Assembly (NCBI GenBank): GCA_951406725.2
Contig: OX597841.1
Span: forward strand, 13,268,001 to 13,332,000
Source: Octopus vulgaris
Lineage: Eukaryota
Direction: 5' to 3'
Length of the DNA: 64,000 nt
Below the pieces are notes generated by a model. The model did not search any database. It saw only the letters and a program-made list of their open reading frames with translations, and was not told the origin of the DNA. The translations under genes were made by a program, and so were the position numbers. This document shows, in pieces, positions 38,826 to 50,706 of this stretch; within the stretch, counting starts at the first letter, position 1; every line of letters begins with the position of its first letter.

Positions 38826-38918
38826 TCTAATATATAATACCTGTACATCACCTCCAAACCTTCTAATATATATATATATCTATATATATATATATAATGT
38901 GTGTATGTATACACAAAC

Positions 38919-39103
38919 ATGAGGGGTTCTGAAAACTTCCTGGCTTTTAGGGTATCGCAATAGACTTGGTCGGGGGCCTGACCTTCCAAGTTCTTTTACA
39001 CGGCCTAGGAAAACTGAAGGACCATTGCAATAATTGTGTGAATCTGAGAGGGGAATATGTTGAATAAAATCATAATTAACTGATCCTCATCTATTTTCTT
39101 TTA
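38919..39103 (+). mobile_element. Mariner-derived MITE, 3'-truncated
   Basis: Encodes GLGKLKDHCNNCVNLRGEYVE*, resembling the mariner transposase C-terminus. Partial copy at 38140-38305. Confidence 0.75.
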
Positions 39104-39329
39104 CCAGTTGAATACCAGGGTTGAATGTAATCAACTTATCCCCAAAAAAAAATTTCAGGCCTTGTGGCTATAGTAGAAAAGATTATTATTATTGTTACAG
39201 TTATTTTTGTCTACCAAATATTATTATTATTATTATTATTATTATTGTTACAGTTATAATTGTCTACCAAAATTCTTGGAACTTTGCCATTTGTTGCATG
39301 TTGTGGAATGAATTTGTGGTCTTGTTTTG

Positions 39330-39361
39330 AATTTAATTTTTATTTCTCTTTGCAGGTAAGT
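39330..39361 (+). promoter_or_regulatory. Candidate recursive splice site (3'ss fused to 5'ss)
   Basis: TTTAATTTTTATTTCTCTTTGCAG|GTAAGT in non-repeat sequence. Confidence 0.55.
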
Positions 39362-39653
39362 ATGGAATTCCAGTTTGCTGTCTCTTTGGGGGTAAGGTAC
39401 AGATTTATATCTATGCTTCATACTTAAAGCATTTATCAAGTTATGTAAGAGGGTGCAGACATAAATGTGTGTGTGTGTGGCTGCTGCTGATGGACCTATA
39501 CATTTGGTGTGTCTGTTGATTGTGAATCTCGTATATCTTGTGGTTCAAAGTTATCCTTCTTTGAAATTGTAATTCTTGAAGGGTTGAGCTGGTTAAGGCA
39601 GCTCTTTGTTTGTTTATGGTATTTAGTTGTACGTATTATATATATCAGACATA

Positions 39654-39871
39654 CAAGGAAGTGTTGAAAAGTTCTCAGTTTTAAGAGTATTGCAAAAGGC
39701 TTGGTTGGAGCTCTGACCTTCAAAGTTCTTTTACGGGGCTCAGTAAAACCGAAGGACCCCTGCAATAACTGTGTGAATCTGAGAGGGAAATATGTTGGAT
39801 AAAATCAGGATTAACTAACCCTCCCGGATTTTCTTTTATCCAAAGCCAGGAAATTTTCAACACTCTCCTCA
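39654..39871 (+). mobile_element. Mariner-derived MITE, full length
   Basis: TIRs GTGTTGAAAAGTT / AATTTTCAACAC with TA on both sides. Confidence 0.75.
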
Positions 39872-40904
39872 TATGTATGTCTCATACCAGGATGGCCATT
39901 AACTCTCCGTTCAGTCATCCTTTGACAAGTCCTGTTTCACATCCTGCAGGATGTCCAAAAACCATCCTGTTTGCTGGTGTTGCCAGTTTAATCACCAATG
40001 ACCTTGCCATGCAATAGGTGGTTCTAGGTTGCATGTGATACCAGTAGCATTTAAGGGCAACCTAACTCATGTTATATATCTATATATATGTGCCTACCTT
40101 GAATAAAATTGATCAAGAGTAACATTTTCCTTTTATGGCAAAAGATGTATCTAATTCAATAAAATTATGAAGGTTACTCTAATTACTGTGCATAAAATGC
40201 AAAATATTTTATTTCTTTCTAGATTAGGTCAGCCTAATTCGCCCCTGCTTTTCAATGTCAGTATTTAAGCTACGCTTAGAACTGCTGTAGTACACTTGTT
40301 GCGTACACTCCTACAACACTGTTTTCTTTATGCGCTATAAAGGCAGAAGGAAATCTGCCTTCAACTCAGTCACATGGATGTGTTTGGTTTATTTTTTGTG
40401 TGTTTTACTACATAAACATTACCAACAGCCTACCCTGATGGCATGTTCCTGGTTTAACCCAAGGCCCTGCTAAGGGACATTCTCTGCATCATGGGATTGC
40501 ACTCCTGCCTATTTAGTTGTTGAGCAAATGTCTTTAACTACACAGCCAAAGTAGATTTGTTTTCTTTTTTTTTTTCCAGCTGATGCACCACACACACACA
40601 CACACACACACACTCACAGACAGTCGCCTGATAACGATGCTGCTAATAGCATTGCAGATGGTCTCGTTCCGACAGCGTGACTGCTGCAGAAGGCGCTGAC
40701 AGCAATTCTGATTAATGGTCACTGGGCGGGGGTGGGGGAGTGAGAAGGAGGTATTTACGCTGTAGAAGTATTGTCAGCAGATGTGTTGGGACAGCGAAGA
40801 GATTAGCCAACAAGGGAGCTTCTATAGGGGTCACTGAAAATGCTTGAAATGATAGTCAAATCTCTCTTGTATCATACTTTTCTGTCTTTAAAAAAAAAAT
40901 GGTG

Positions 40905-41059
40905 TAGGCATGGTTATGTGGTAAGAAGCTTGCTTCCCAACCACATGGTTCCAGGTTCAGTCCCACTCCATGGCACCTTGAGCAAGTGTCTTCTATGTCC
41001 TCAGGCTGACCAAATCCTTGCGAGTGGGATTGGTAGACAAAAACTGAAAGAAGCTTGCC

Positions 41060-41106
<47 letters not shown>

Positions 41107-41322
41107 CACACACACACACACAAACGTTTGTCCCCCACCACTGCTTGACAACTGGTCTTGGTGTGTTTTGTGCTCTTGTGACTTAGCAGTTCAGCAAAAA
41201 AGACCGATAGAATAAGTACTAGGCTTCAGAAGTCCTGGGGTCAATTTGTTTATCTAAAATACCTTTCAAGGTGGTGACTACAGCATGGCCACAGTCAAAA
41301 TGACTGAAACAAGTAAAAGATA
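40905..41322 (+). mobile_element. SINE family A
   Basis: Full-length match. Confidence 0.85.
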
Positions 41323-41359
41323 AGGTTAGATGATGCTGTCGTGGGCAAACTGTCTAAAT

Positions 41360-41750
41360 ATAAGATGGGATGTCATGGTTGGAGTGTCTTTAATGAAAGA
41401 TCTGCTAAGCACAAGGAACACTACATTCATTAATGTAGTCCTAGGTACACTATTACTATGTCTGGATAAAATGTGGGATGCTCAAAGAGGTTAAATAACA
41501 AAGTGCACATTACATAATATAGTCCTAGATACATTATGACGGAATGAAAAAATAAGATAGTTGTAGGTGGAACTGCTTTGATCATAGGTCTGCTGGATCA
41601 GGACTGACCTAGGGCTAAACAGCAAAACATGACACATTGGTATATGTAATCTTAGATACACTGTCTTGCTAAAAGATGGGGTGGTCGTGGCTAGAACACT
41701 TTTGATTATATAAGTCTATTGGGTCAGGACTGACCTGGGGCTAAACAACA
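41360..41750 (-). repeat. Array of the ~125-bp satellite-like unit, reverse orientation
   Basis: TTTGATCATAGGTCTGCTGGATCAGGACTGACCTAGGGCTAAAC. Confidence 0.75.
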
Positions 41751-41809
41751 ATTGGCTGACCAACTTGTGAACCAACCAACTTGTGAACCATTAATGCTAC
41801 TCAGCTGAT

Positions 41810-42500
41810 GGCTGTCTACCTGCTTGCTTATCTGGCCTCGCCCATCCAGCTGGCTTTCTGTTTGGCTGGCTGGCTGCTTGTTGGTCGATTCAGCTGCCTT
41901 CCCACCTGTCTACCTCTCTATCTTCCTTCTTGTCCATCCAGCTATTCATCAACCTGCTTGTTCAGCCATCCATTTATTTGTCCACCTACCTGTGCTGCCT
42001 TTCCTCTCAGCCATCCATCCGTCCATTCACCTGCCTGTCCTGTCAGCCAGCTATTCATCCATTCACCTGCCTGTCCTGTCAGCCAGCTATTCATCCATTC
42101 ACCTGCCTGTCCTGCCAGGTGTCCATCCACCTACCTGCTTGTCCTGCTAGTCATTTGTCAGTCTGTCCCCTGTCCACGGGCCTGTCCTGCCAGCTATCTG
42201 TCTGTCCTGGTAGCTGTCCATTCATCTGCCTGCCGCGCCATTTGTCCTTCCATCCACAAGTCTGTCTGGCCAGCCATCCGCCCGTCCATCTACCTGCTTG
42301 TCCTGCCAGTCGTTTGTCAGTCTGTCCAGCCACCTGCCTATCCCCTGTTCACCAGCCTGTCCTGCCAGCTGTTGCTCCATCCCTTTGTCCTGCCAGCTAT
42401 CTGTCTGTCCACCTGCCTGTCCTGCCAGCTGTCCTTCCATCCACCAGCCTGTCTGGCCAGCTGCCCATCCACCCATCCATCTACCCACCTGTCCTATGGT
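41810..42500. repeat. Degenerate CCTG/CCAT/CTGT tetranucleotide tract
   Basis: Direct inspection. Confidence 0.85.
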
Positions 42501-43189
42501 TAAACTACCTCAGGCAGTCAGAAAAGCCAGAGTACCTCGGTTGGAAGTGATTTCATCTCCTTACACTAACATCGATGATTGATTTTTCTTTTAATTGATC
42601 GGCTGTTCAATGCTGAACAAGCTGATTTGATAAAGTATTGACCTCTCAGACAGCCTGCCAGGCTACTTGTCAGCTTGTTAGCAAGCGAGCAAGCAAGCAA
42701 GCAATCTCGAGCTAAAATTGTTGCCTAAACATTGTGGCCCTTATAGAGTTTTTTTTTTGTTTAATTTATAACAGTTTATTCAGGATTGTGTTATTGACCA
42801 CTCATTTCCAATAGATCAATCATTGGCTAATTGCATTTCTGCTACATAGCCAAGCTGCCCACCCCCCTACACCAAAATTCTTTGCTCTCTCTCTCTTGTT
42901 CTGTATATAAAAGTGAAAGGGGTACAGTGAACTTGCCATGTGGGATATCCAACGTTTCAGGTTCAATCCTTTGTCGGGGGTCAGAGAAAAAGAAGAAAGT
43001 TGGTTTACATCCTCTCAGCTTGAAAAATTGACTGCAACTGAGAGGATGTAAACCCTGTTTGACTTTTTTCTCTTTTTCTTCTTTTTCTCTGACCCCTAAT
43101 ATTCCACTCCTCATGACAAATTCACTGCTTCTTTTTCACTTTTTTCTATATTTTTTCAAGTCTTGCCGACACAGAGCTACTAGATTATA

Positions 43190-43425
43190 TATTTATTTCT
43201 TTATTGCCCACAGGGGGCTAAACATAGAGGGGACAAACAAGGACAGACAAAGGGATTAAGTCAATTATATCGACCCCCAGTGCATAACTGGTACTTATTT
43301 AATTGACCCCGAAAGGATGAAAGGCAAAGTCGATCTCAGTAGAGTTTGAACTCTGAATGTAATGGCAGACAAAATACCACTAAGCATTTCACCTGGTGTG
43401 CTAACGATTTTGCCATCTTGCCGCC
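43190..43425 (-). mobile_element. SINE family B
   Basis: Reverse match. Confidence 0.8.
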
Positions 43426-43434
43426 CTCACAGAG

Positions 43435-43490
<56 letters not shown>

Positions 43491-43689
43491 CATACATACA
43501 TGTACCAGCCCCATACATTATCACTGTTGTCCTCATGTCATTGCTGTCATCATTGTTTACGTATTATTTTTTGTTTATGAGACTTGGATGAGTTTTTCCA
43601 GTATGGTGTCTTGCTGTTTATTGCATTTTTGTTTTTCTTCTTGAGATTCACCCTCCTGAGAACAGCCTTAACCAGAAGCTCCTGCTTTA

Positions 43690-44110
43690 CTTCCCCTGCT
43701 GTGAGTCCCTTCCACCTAGACCTCCTCTGATACTTCTGTACCCATCTGTCACCATCCATACGCATCACGTGTCCATACAAACGCAGTTTCAAGTCTTGCA
43801 CTCCACAGCTGTTTCCTCTTATACGGAGTTAGTCAATTTCTCTGCTTATTTGTATTGCATTACTCATGCACACCAACATTACACATCCAGTGCAGCATGT
43901 TCCCCTCTTTCCTTTCCACCTTTCACACCTACTTCACATTCAATGACCATCAACCTTCACACCTACTTCACATTCAATGACCATCAACCTTCACACCTAT
44001 TTGACATTCAATGACCATATTCTGCTACCATGTGACATTGTACCTCATTCACAAGCATCATTCAATTTATCTGCCTCTTGGAAACAGAGTATTCCTTTGC
44101 TACTAGTAGA
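43690..44110 (-). pseudogene. RTE-clade LINE ORF2 3' fragment
   Basis: TMSHGSRIWSLNV (MLHGSETW-like) and KLRLYGHVMRMDGDRWVQK; internal ~34-bp tandem repeat at 43924-44017. Confidence 0.65.
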
Positions 44111-45123
44111 GGTCTCAGCTTCCTAAACTTTATCTGTGTCATTCTTATTTTGACAACAATACTTTCAGAACAACTGTCTCCCACAAAATTTCAAGCCTTG
44201 TGCCTTTATGAGAAAGGATTATTATCATATCTTGTTAATTCTCTCTCTTTCTTTCTCTCTCTCTCTAGCCAGGCAACCATGTGTCTCCTCTACAAGACAC
44301 CTGTTTCTCTCTCTCTCGGTCACACTCTAACCATTCATCATCTGACACAAGATCCCCTCCTTACTCAAAGGATATTTGTCCTGCAGGTTACTTGGTGACC
44401 CTGCCAGTGTAGGTGCCACTAAAAAGCACCCAGTCCACACTGTAAAGTGGTTGGTGTTTGGAAGGGCATCCAATTGTAAAACCTGGCCCAAACTGACTCC
44501 ACCTGTGCTTGTGGCACGTTAAAAGCACTAAGCCCACTCTGGAGGGTGCTTGGTGTTCGGAAGGGCATCCAGCCGTAAAAACCCTGCCAGAACAGACATA
44601 GAAGCATGGTGCAGGCTTTTGCCTGGCCAGCTCCTATCAATCTGACCGACCCATGCCAGCATAGAAGGAGGATGTTAAACAAGAACGATGATGATGATGA
44701 TGATAGGTCCAATGCCAGAAATTTTCGCCAAGGTCAGTTGATGCCACTGGCCCCTTCCCACTTCATAATTGGTTATATTCTGAGCCCTTGCAAGATTAAA
44801 GAAGGAATCGATGTTGGTGTGATTTGAAACCAGACCGTAAAGGGCCACAACTGAATGCCCGCACAAGGTAGTTTTTGCCTGATGCTCTACCGATTCTGCC
44901 AAAATTTAAAACTAAAACCCATTGTGGTTGTGAGACCCAACAGCAGCCATCTTCCCACGTCGGAATTATTGACCAGAAGCCAGTCTGGCTACTAACAACA
45001 ACAAGAACAAAGGAAAACAGAAAAGGAATTTTTGTTGTATTCATTCGAATTCCGGTGAAATAAAAGTAGCTCTCCCACCCACCCACACCTCTTCCTTTGC
45101 TCACCTGTCTGACTCCTCCTCCT

Positions 45124-45223
45124 NNNNNNNNNNNNNNNNNNNNNNNNNNNNNNNNNNNNNNNNNNNNNNNNNNNNNNNNNNNNNNNNNNNNNNNNNNNNN
45201 NNNNNNNNNNNNNNNNNNNNNNN
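45124..45223. other. Assembly gap (100 N)
   Basis: Run of N. Confidence 1.
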
Positions 45224-45329
45224 TGACTCCTCCTCCTCCTCCTCCTGCCACACATCTGGCCGTGATGACTGTCTTCATCACTATGGCTATGGCTACCATC
45301 GCTGCCAACACCTTTGCCATCGTTTTACT

Positions 45330-45735
45330 AATTCTCTGCCACCACCACCATCACCACTACCACCTCAACTAGCATCACCATTACCACCACCACCACCATC
45401 CTCACCAACAACCACTACCACCTTTGCGGCCACCATCATTAGTATAGCTACCACCAACACAGTCACCACCACCATCTGCATCTCCACTGCCGCCACCACC
45501 ACCACGACCACCATTTGCATCACCACCATCACCATTATCTCCACTGCCACCACCATCTCCACCATCACCATCTCCACCAACACCACCACCAACACAATCA
45601 CTATCTCCATCACCACCATCTCCTCTACCGCCACCATATCCACCACTACCGCTGCCTCCACCACCACCACCCACCATCCTCACAATCACTACTACAGCTA
45701 ACCCCCACCCCCACCTCCGCAACCACCGCCTCCAT
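45330..45735. repeat. Degenerate (CAC)n tract
   Basis: Direct inspection. Confidence 0.9.
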
Positions 45736-46139
45736 CTTTGTGGCATTTTGCCAGCTTCACCTTTTGGCAGAGTGACTGACTTGATTCTGTGTGTATTGGC
45801 AGTAGCAGGGAGTGGTGTCCAGGGGTGATGGTTTGGGTGTGGCAAAACAGTCGGGGGGGGGTAGTTCGTGAGTGGGAGGGGAGGAGGAGAAGGCAGGCAG
45901 TTGGAGCTACATCATGCCCCCCTCCCACCCCAACACCCCCACCCCTATCCAGAGGAAAGGGGTCGGTGGGGAAACCCCCAGGCCCTGAGTCATATTTTGG
46001 TCAACACTAGCAGTGGCGGGTGGGGAGGGTTAGGGTAAAGACTGGCAACAGGTGGGGGTGGGGTGGCCTGGGGGTGGGGAGGGTGATGCAGAAGGAAGAT
46101 GGGGGAGGAGGATGGGAGACAAAAGGGATGTCAAGAGAT

Positions 46140-46600
46140 TTTGTTGTTGTTTAGCCACAGGTCAGTCCTGACCTGACAGAGCTATGATCACAGCTGTTCC
46201 GGCCATGACCATCCTGTCTTTAATGTCTTGTTGCTGTCGTTGTTGTTTACCCCCAGGTGAGACCTGATCCAGTATATTCCATCTGCAAACCTCTCATCTT
46301 TTATTTAGGCATAGTCTATCTAGGATTACATTATCTAATGTGTCACTCCTTGATATTGATGTTGTTTAGCCCCAGGTCAGTCCTGACCTCACAGAGCTAT
46401 GATCACAGGTGTCCCGGCCACGACCATCCTGTCTTTTATCCAAAATTTATCTTGGACTACATTATCTTAAATGTCCTTCCTTCGTTGTTATTTAACTCCA
46501 GGTCAGCCCTGATCCAACAGCCTTATGATCAAAGATGCTCCAGCTTTGACCATCCCACCTTGTATTGAAATATCATGTCTTTGATTACCTTATCTAATGT
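46140..46600 (+). repeat. Array of the ~125-bp satellite-like unit
   Basis: TTTAGCCCCAGGTCAGTCCTGA...CTATGATCA repeats. Confidence 0.8.
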
Positions 46601-46801
46601 AATCACTTAAGTGCCATTGTCTAAGTGTATCTAAGCAGTCCTATTTTGTTTGTGACATGAGCTCCAGTGTCCAGGTGTGGGTAGTTCTGTTGTTTGAGGT
46701 TTTGCTTAAGTTCTATGGAGGGTCCCCAAGTCATTGCCCACAGTTATCAAATGCTTTCATCTATAAAGAGGAAAGCCTGGGGTATTTGCTATGGCCTAGG
46801 A

Positions 46802-47096
46802 CAGTGGTTTGCAAAGTGGGTGGTAACCCCCCACCACCGCTTGGGGGCAGTGGAAAGTTCCAAGGGAGCGTTGAAGAAAATTGGGGTGATAGTGAGGTAG
46901 CCAAAAAGGGTGTGCGATTGATGTAAAAACAACAAAATAAAGGGCTGATTCGGTTAAGTTTTAATTGTGAAATGCAGTTGCTTTGAATTTGCTTCAGAAA
47001 GAGGTCTGCATTTGTGATGGTTAGTTGGAGTGGGGGCACTAGGAATGTGACCTGGGTGTCACGGGGCAGCAACCCAAAAATGTTTGGAAACCACTG
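46802..47096. mobile_element. hAT (Charlie-like) MITE, second copy
   Basis: TIRs CAGTGGTTTGCAAA / TTTGGAAACCACTG; decayed TSD (5/8); colinear with 24888-25188. Confidence 0.8.
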
Positions 47097-47122
47097 ATCA
47101 AGGATGTCTGTGTGTGTGTAGT

Positions 47123-47762
47123 GAGGGCACATGGTTTAGTCGTTAGGGTTAGGGGTGTTCGGCTCACAATTGCATGGTCCTGTGTTCAATTCCTGGCAGT
47201 GCATTGTGTCCTTGAGCAAGACGCTTCATTTCACGTTACTCCACTCAGCTGGCAACAATGAGTTGGACCTGTAATTAACAAGGTGCCAGCCTTGCCACAT
47301 ACTGAGAACTATGTTAAGGGTACACATGTCTGTGGAGTATTCAGCTACTTACATGTTAATTTCATGAGCAGGCTGTTCCACTGATTGGATCAACTGGAAC
47401 CCTCATCGCCATGACTGATGGAATGCCTTGAGAACTATGTTATGGGTACGTGTGTCTGTGGAATACTAGGCCACATGCATGTTAATTTGATGAGCAGGCT
47501 GGAACACTTCTTGTTGTAACTGATGACGTACCAGTTACTTCATGCTGCCCCAGTCCCCTCAACTAGTAAAGACAAGTAGTACTTGCATTTCAAAGGGCCC
47601 AGCCTTGTCACAGTCTGTGTTATTCTGAGTCTCCCTTAAGAACTGCATTAAGGGTATACGTGTCTTTGAAGTACTCAGCCACTTGCACCTTAATTTCATG
47701 AGGAAGCTGTTCTGTTGATCGTATCCACTGGAATCCTCATTGTTGGAACCGACAGTGTGCCG
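47123..47762 (+). mobile_element. CORE-like tRNA SINE with triplicated 3' region
   Basis: tRNA-like head, TGTGTCCTTGAGCAAGACGCTT core, GAGAACTATGTTAAGGGTACAC segment three times. Related pieces at ~7100-7155 and ~30030-30205 (-). Confidence 0.7.
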
Positions 47763-47998
47763 GTCCGTGTGTAACAGTGGCAGAAATGTCCAAGAAATGT
47801 GGCCAATACACTAACGGGGTTCTTCAGCATTGGAGATGTCCACCAACCGATCTCAAGTTCTTGAATATCCTGGACTTGAAGATAACTCCTAGTCTTTAGA
47901 ATGCAATTTTGGTGATGTCGAATAAGTGAGGTTTCAATGAGGCTTTGTTAAAGATCTCAAGTTTTGTCTGACACATGTCTTTTGCCATTCAGGTTTAA

Positions 47999-48220
47999 CC
48001 CTTTTGATACCAGCCTAAGATCATTCCTCATTCTTTGAAGCAAGCTTTCCTTTTCAAAGAGGTTTTAATTAAAACCTTCCATTAAAATCTCATGCTGATT
48101 CATGTTCCAAACACCAGATTAACAATGACAATTTTAATTTACTAAATTCTTTGTTATTTTCAAAATTAATTAAAAAACAAAGGCTGTGTATTTCAACAGA
48201 AGTATGATAGCCAAAGGTTG
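47999..48220. mobile_element. piggyBac-like MITE family 2
   Basis: TTAA-CCCTTTTGATACCA start; colinear with 11347-11546. Confidence 0.6.
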
Positions 48221-48518
48221 AAGTGGCCTCAATTGAAAAACCTTCCATCAGAATTCTGTGTTAATTTGTTCCAAACTCCAGATTAATAATAATGGCAGTT
48301 ATTTTCCTAAATTGTGTTGAATTAAAGGTCTTGGCACCATTTGTCTCCAAGGTCAATTTTACCTTTCGTCCTTTCAGTGTTGATAAAATAAGAAGCAGTC
48401 AAGTACTAAGGGTGGAGAGTAGAGGCCTCTGTGTAATTGACTAGATCCCTCCCGAAAAATTTCAGGCCCCGTGCCTAGAGTAGAAAGGATTGTTATTATT
48501 GTTGCTATTATTATTTAA

Positions 48519-48740
48519 CCCTTTAGTGTTCACATTATTCTGCCCAAATTAATCCTTTTTTATCCACATTGCCTTGAACTAATCATGCATTAATCTTGGT
48601 GCTATGAGATTTTGATGAGGTACCTGTTAATTTTTAAAACGACATTGTAGGGTTGGTGTGAAAGACCAGATCTGGCCAGTTTGAGCATAGAATAGGCAGA
48701 ATACTTTTGGCCGGATATGGCCAGTTTAATTGCTAAAGGG
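48519..48740. mobile_element. piggyBac-like MITE family 1, intact ends
   Basis: TTAA-CCCTTTAG ... CTAAAGGG-TTAA. Reverse copy at ~56513-56720. Confidence 0.85.
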
Positions 48741-49039
48741 TTAAGGCAGTGAGTTGGCAGAATTGTCATCACACGGGGCAAAATGCTCAGGGGTATTACG
48801 GCTGTCAGCACATTCTGAGTTTCAATTCTGCTGAGGTTGACTTTGCCTTCCATCCTTTCCGGGGATCGATAAATTAAGTACCAGTCGTGTACTGGGGTCG
48901 ATGTAATCAATTAACTCCCACCCCACAAATTTCAGGCCTTGTGCTTCCAGTAGAAATTCTTCTTCTTCTTCTTCTGTGAACCTGTATTCTCTCTCCTTTG
49001 CCTGAAAGTTTGTCTGGTTTCTTTGACCCACTTCTCACT

Positions 49040-49545
49040 CCCACCATTTTCATCTCTTCCATTCGTTTTTATCTCTCTTTCTCTCTCTTCATCCATTTAT
49101 CCTACCCTCACCCATCTCTTCTCTACCTTTTTCCTTTCTCTCAGTTCTCTTTATCTCTATCTCTCTCCATTTCTCTCTCTCTTTCCATTTCTCTCTTCAT
49201 TTATTTCTCTCTCTCTCTCTCTATCCACATATTTCTCTCTCCATTTCTCTCTTTCTCCACATCTCTCTCTCTCTCTCTCCACTTCTCTTTCCATCTCTCT
49301 CTCTATTTATTTCTCTCTTTCTCTATCCACATCTCTCTCTCTCTCTCTCTCTCTTCATTTATTTCTCTTTCCACTTATCCATCTTTCTCTCTTTTTCCAT
49401 TCCTTTCCCTTTCTCCTTATCCGTCTCTCTCTCTCTCTCTCTCCCTCCATCTCTCTCCATCCTTGCATCTCTCTCGTTCCCCATCTTTCCATATCTCTCC
49501 CCCTCTCCCTACTTCTCCTCCTATTAATCTTTCCCTCCTACTTCC
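49040..49545. repeat. CT-rich polypyrimidine tract
   Basis: Direct inspection. Confidence 0.95.
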
Positions 49546-50481
49546 TGCTCGTTAGTTGTGAATTAATTGCTGACTGAGAACGAACAACAGCCACATTTGG
49601 GGGTGGCCGCCACATAAAAACTCCTTTTGATGTACTTAAACAAATTAGTTGAATAGGTGTGTGTTTGTATGTATGTGTGTGTTTACATATATATATATAC
49701 ACACACACACATGCATATATACATATACTCTTTCACCAACATACTTGTACACCCCCTCTATCACCACTGTGTAAACATTGGTGTAATTAAGATGTGACTT
49801 TGCATGTATGCATGTGTGTGTGTGTGTATATATACATACACACACACACACTCACATATGGATGAAAGCCTGGCTATGTGGTTAAGAAGTTTGTTTCATA
49901 GCCATGAGGTGTGAGTTCACTCCTGCTGTGTGGCATCTTAGGGCCTGGGTTGTAGTTTACGAGAGATTTTAGCTGCTATTTCTTGCTGGTCATTCAGGTT
50001 TCTAGTGTCACCACCACCACCACCACATCGTTTGCTTGCTCTGTTTCACGAGAGCATTTTGTTGTGGTTATTTAGCCCGTGGTCAGTCCTGATTGAGCAG
50101 GACTATGATCAAAAGAGCAGACATGCATGGTGTAGTGAAGAAGTTTGTTTTCCAACCACATGGTTCCGAGTTCAGTCCCACTGTGTGGCACCTTGGGCAA
50201 ATGTCTTCTAATATAACCCCAGGCTGACCAAAACCTTGTTGGTGGAATTGGTAGACAAAACCCATGGGGGGCCCATTTTGTGTGTGTGTGTGTAAATCGA
50301 AGGATATCAAAGTGGAGACCCTGAAGTAACTGCACCAGTATTATAGTAAATTTGCAATTACAACGGTTAGTAAGCAATGCAGAATAGAAACACGTGTAGG
50401 TCTGTTTGAGGTTGTATATTTATAAAACGGAATTAAACGTAATGCTAATGCTACTTTGTAATAATAATTGTTATTGATATA

Positions 50482-50706
50482 AGGCTGCGAGCTGGCAGAA
50501 TCGTCAGCATGCTGGACAAAATGCTTAGCAGTATTTTGCCTGTCGCTACGTTCTGAGTTCAAATACCGCCAAGGTCAACTTTGCCTTTCATCCTTTCAGA
50601 GTGGATAAATTAAGTACCAGTGAAATACTGGGTTCATTGTAATCAACTGGCCCCCTCCCACCAAATTTCAGGCTCTGTGCCTTCAGTAGAAAGGATTATT
50701 ATTATT
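50482..50706 (+). mobile_element. SINE family B, (ATT)n-tailed subtype
   Basis: Head GGCTGCGAGCTGGCAGAATCG, tail AGAAAGGATTATTATT. Confidence 0.85.

Noticed and set aside
45365-45845. Gly-, His- or Val-rich ORFs
   Set aside because: Translations of a degenerate (CAC)n tract.
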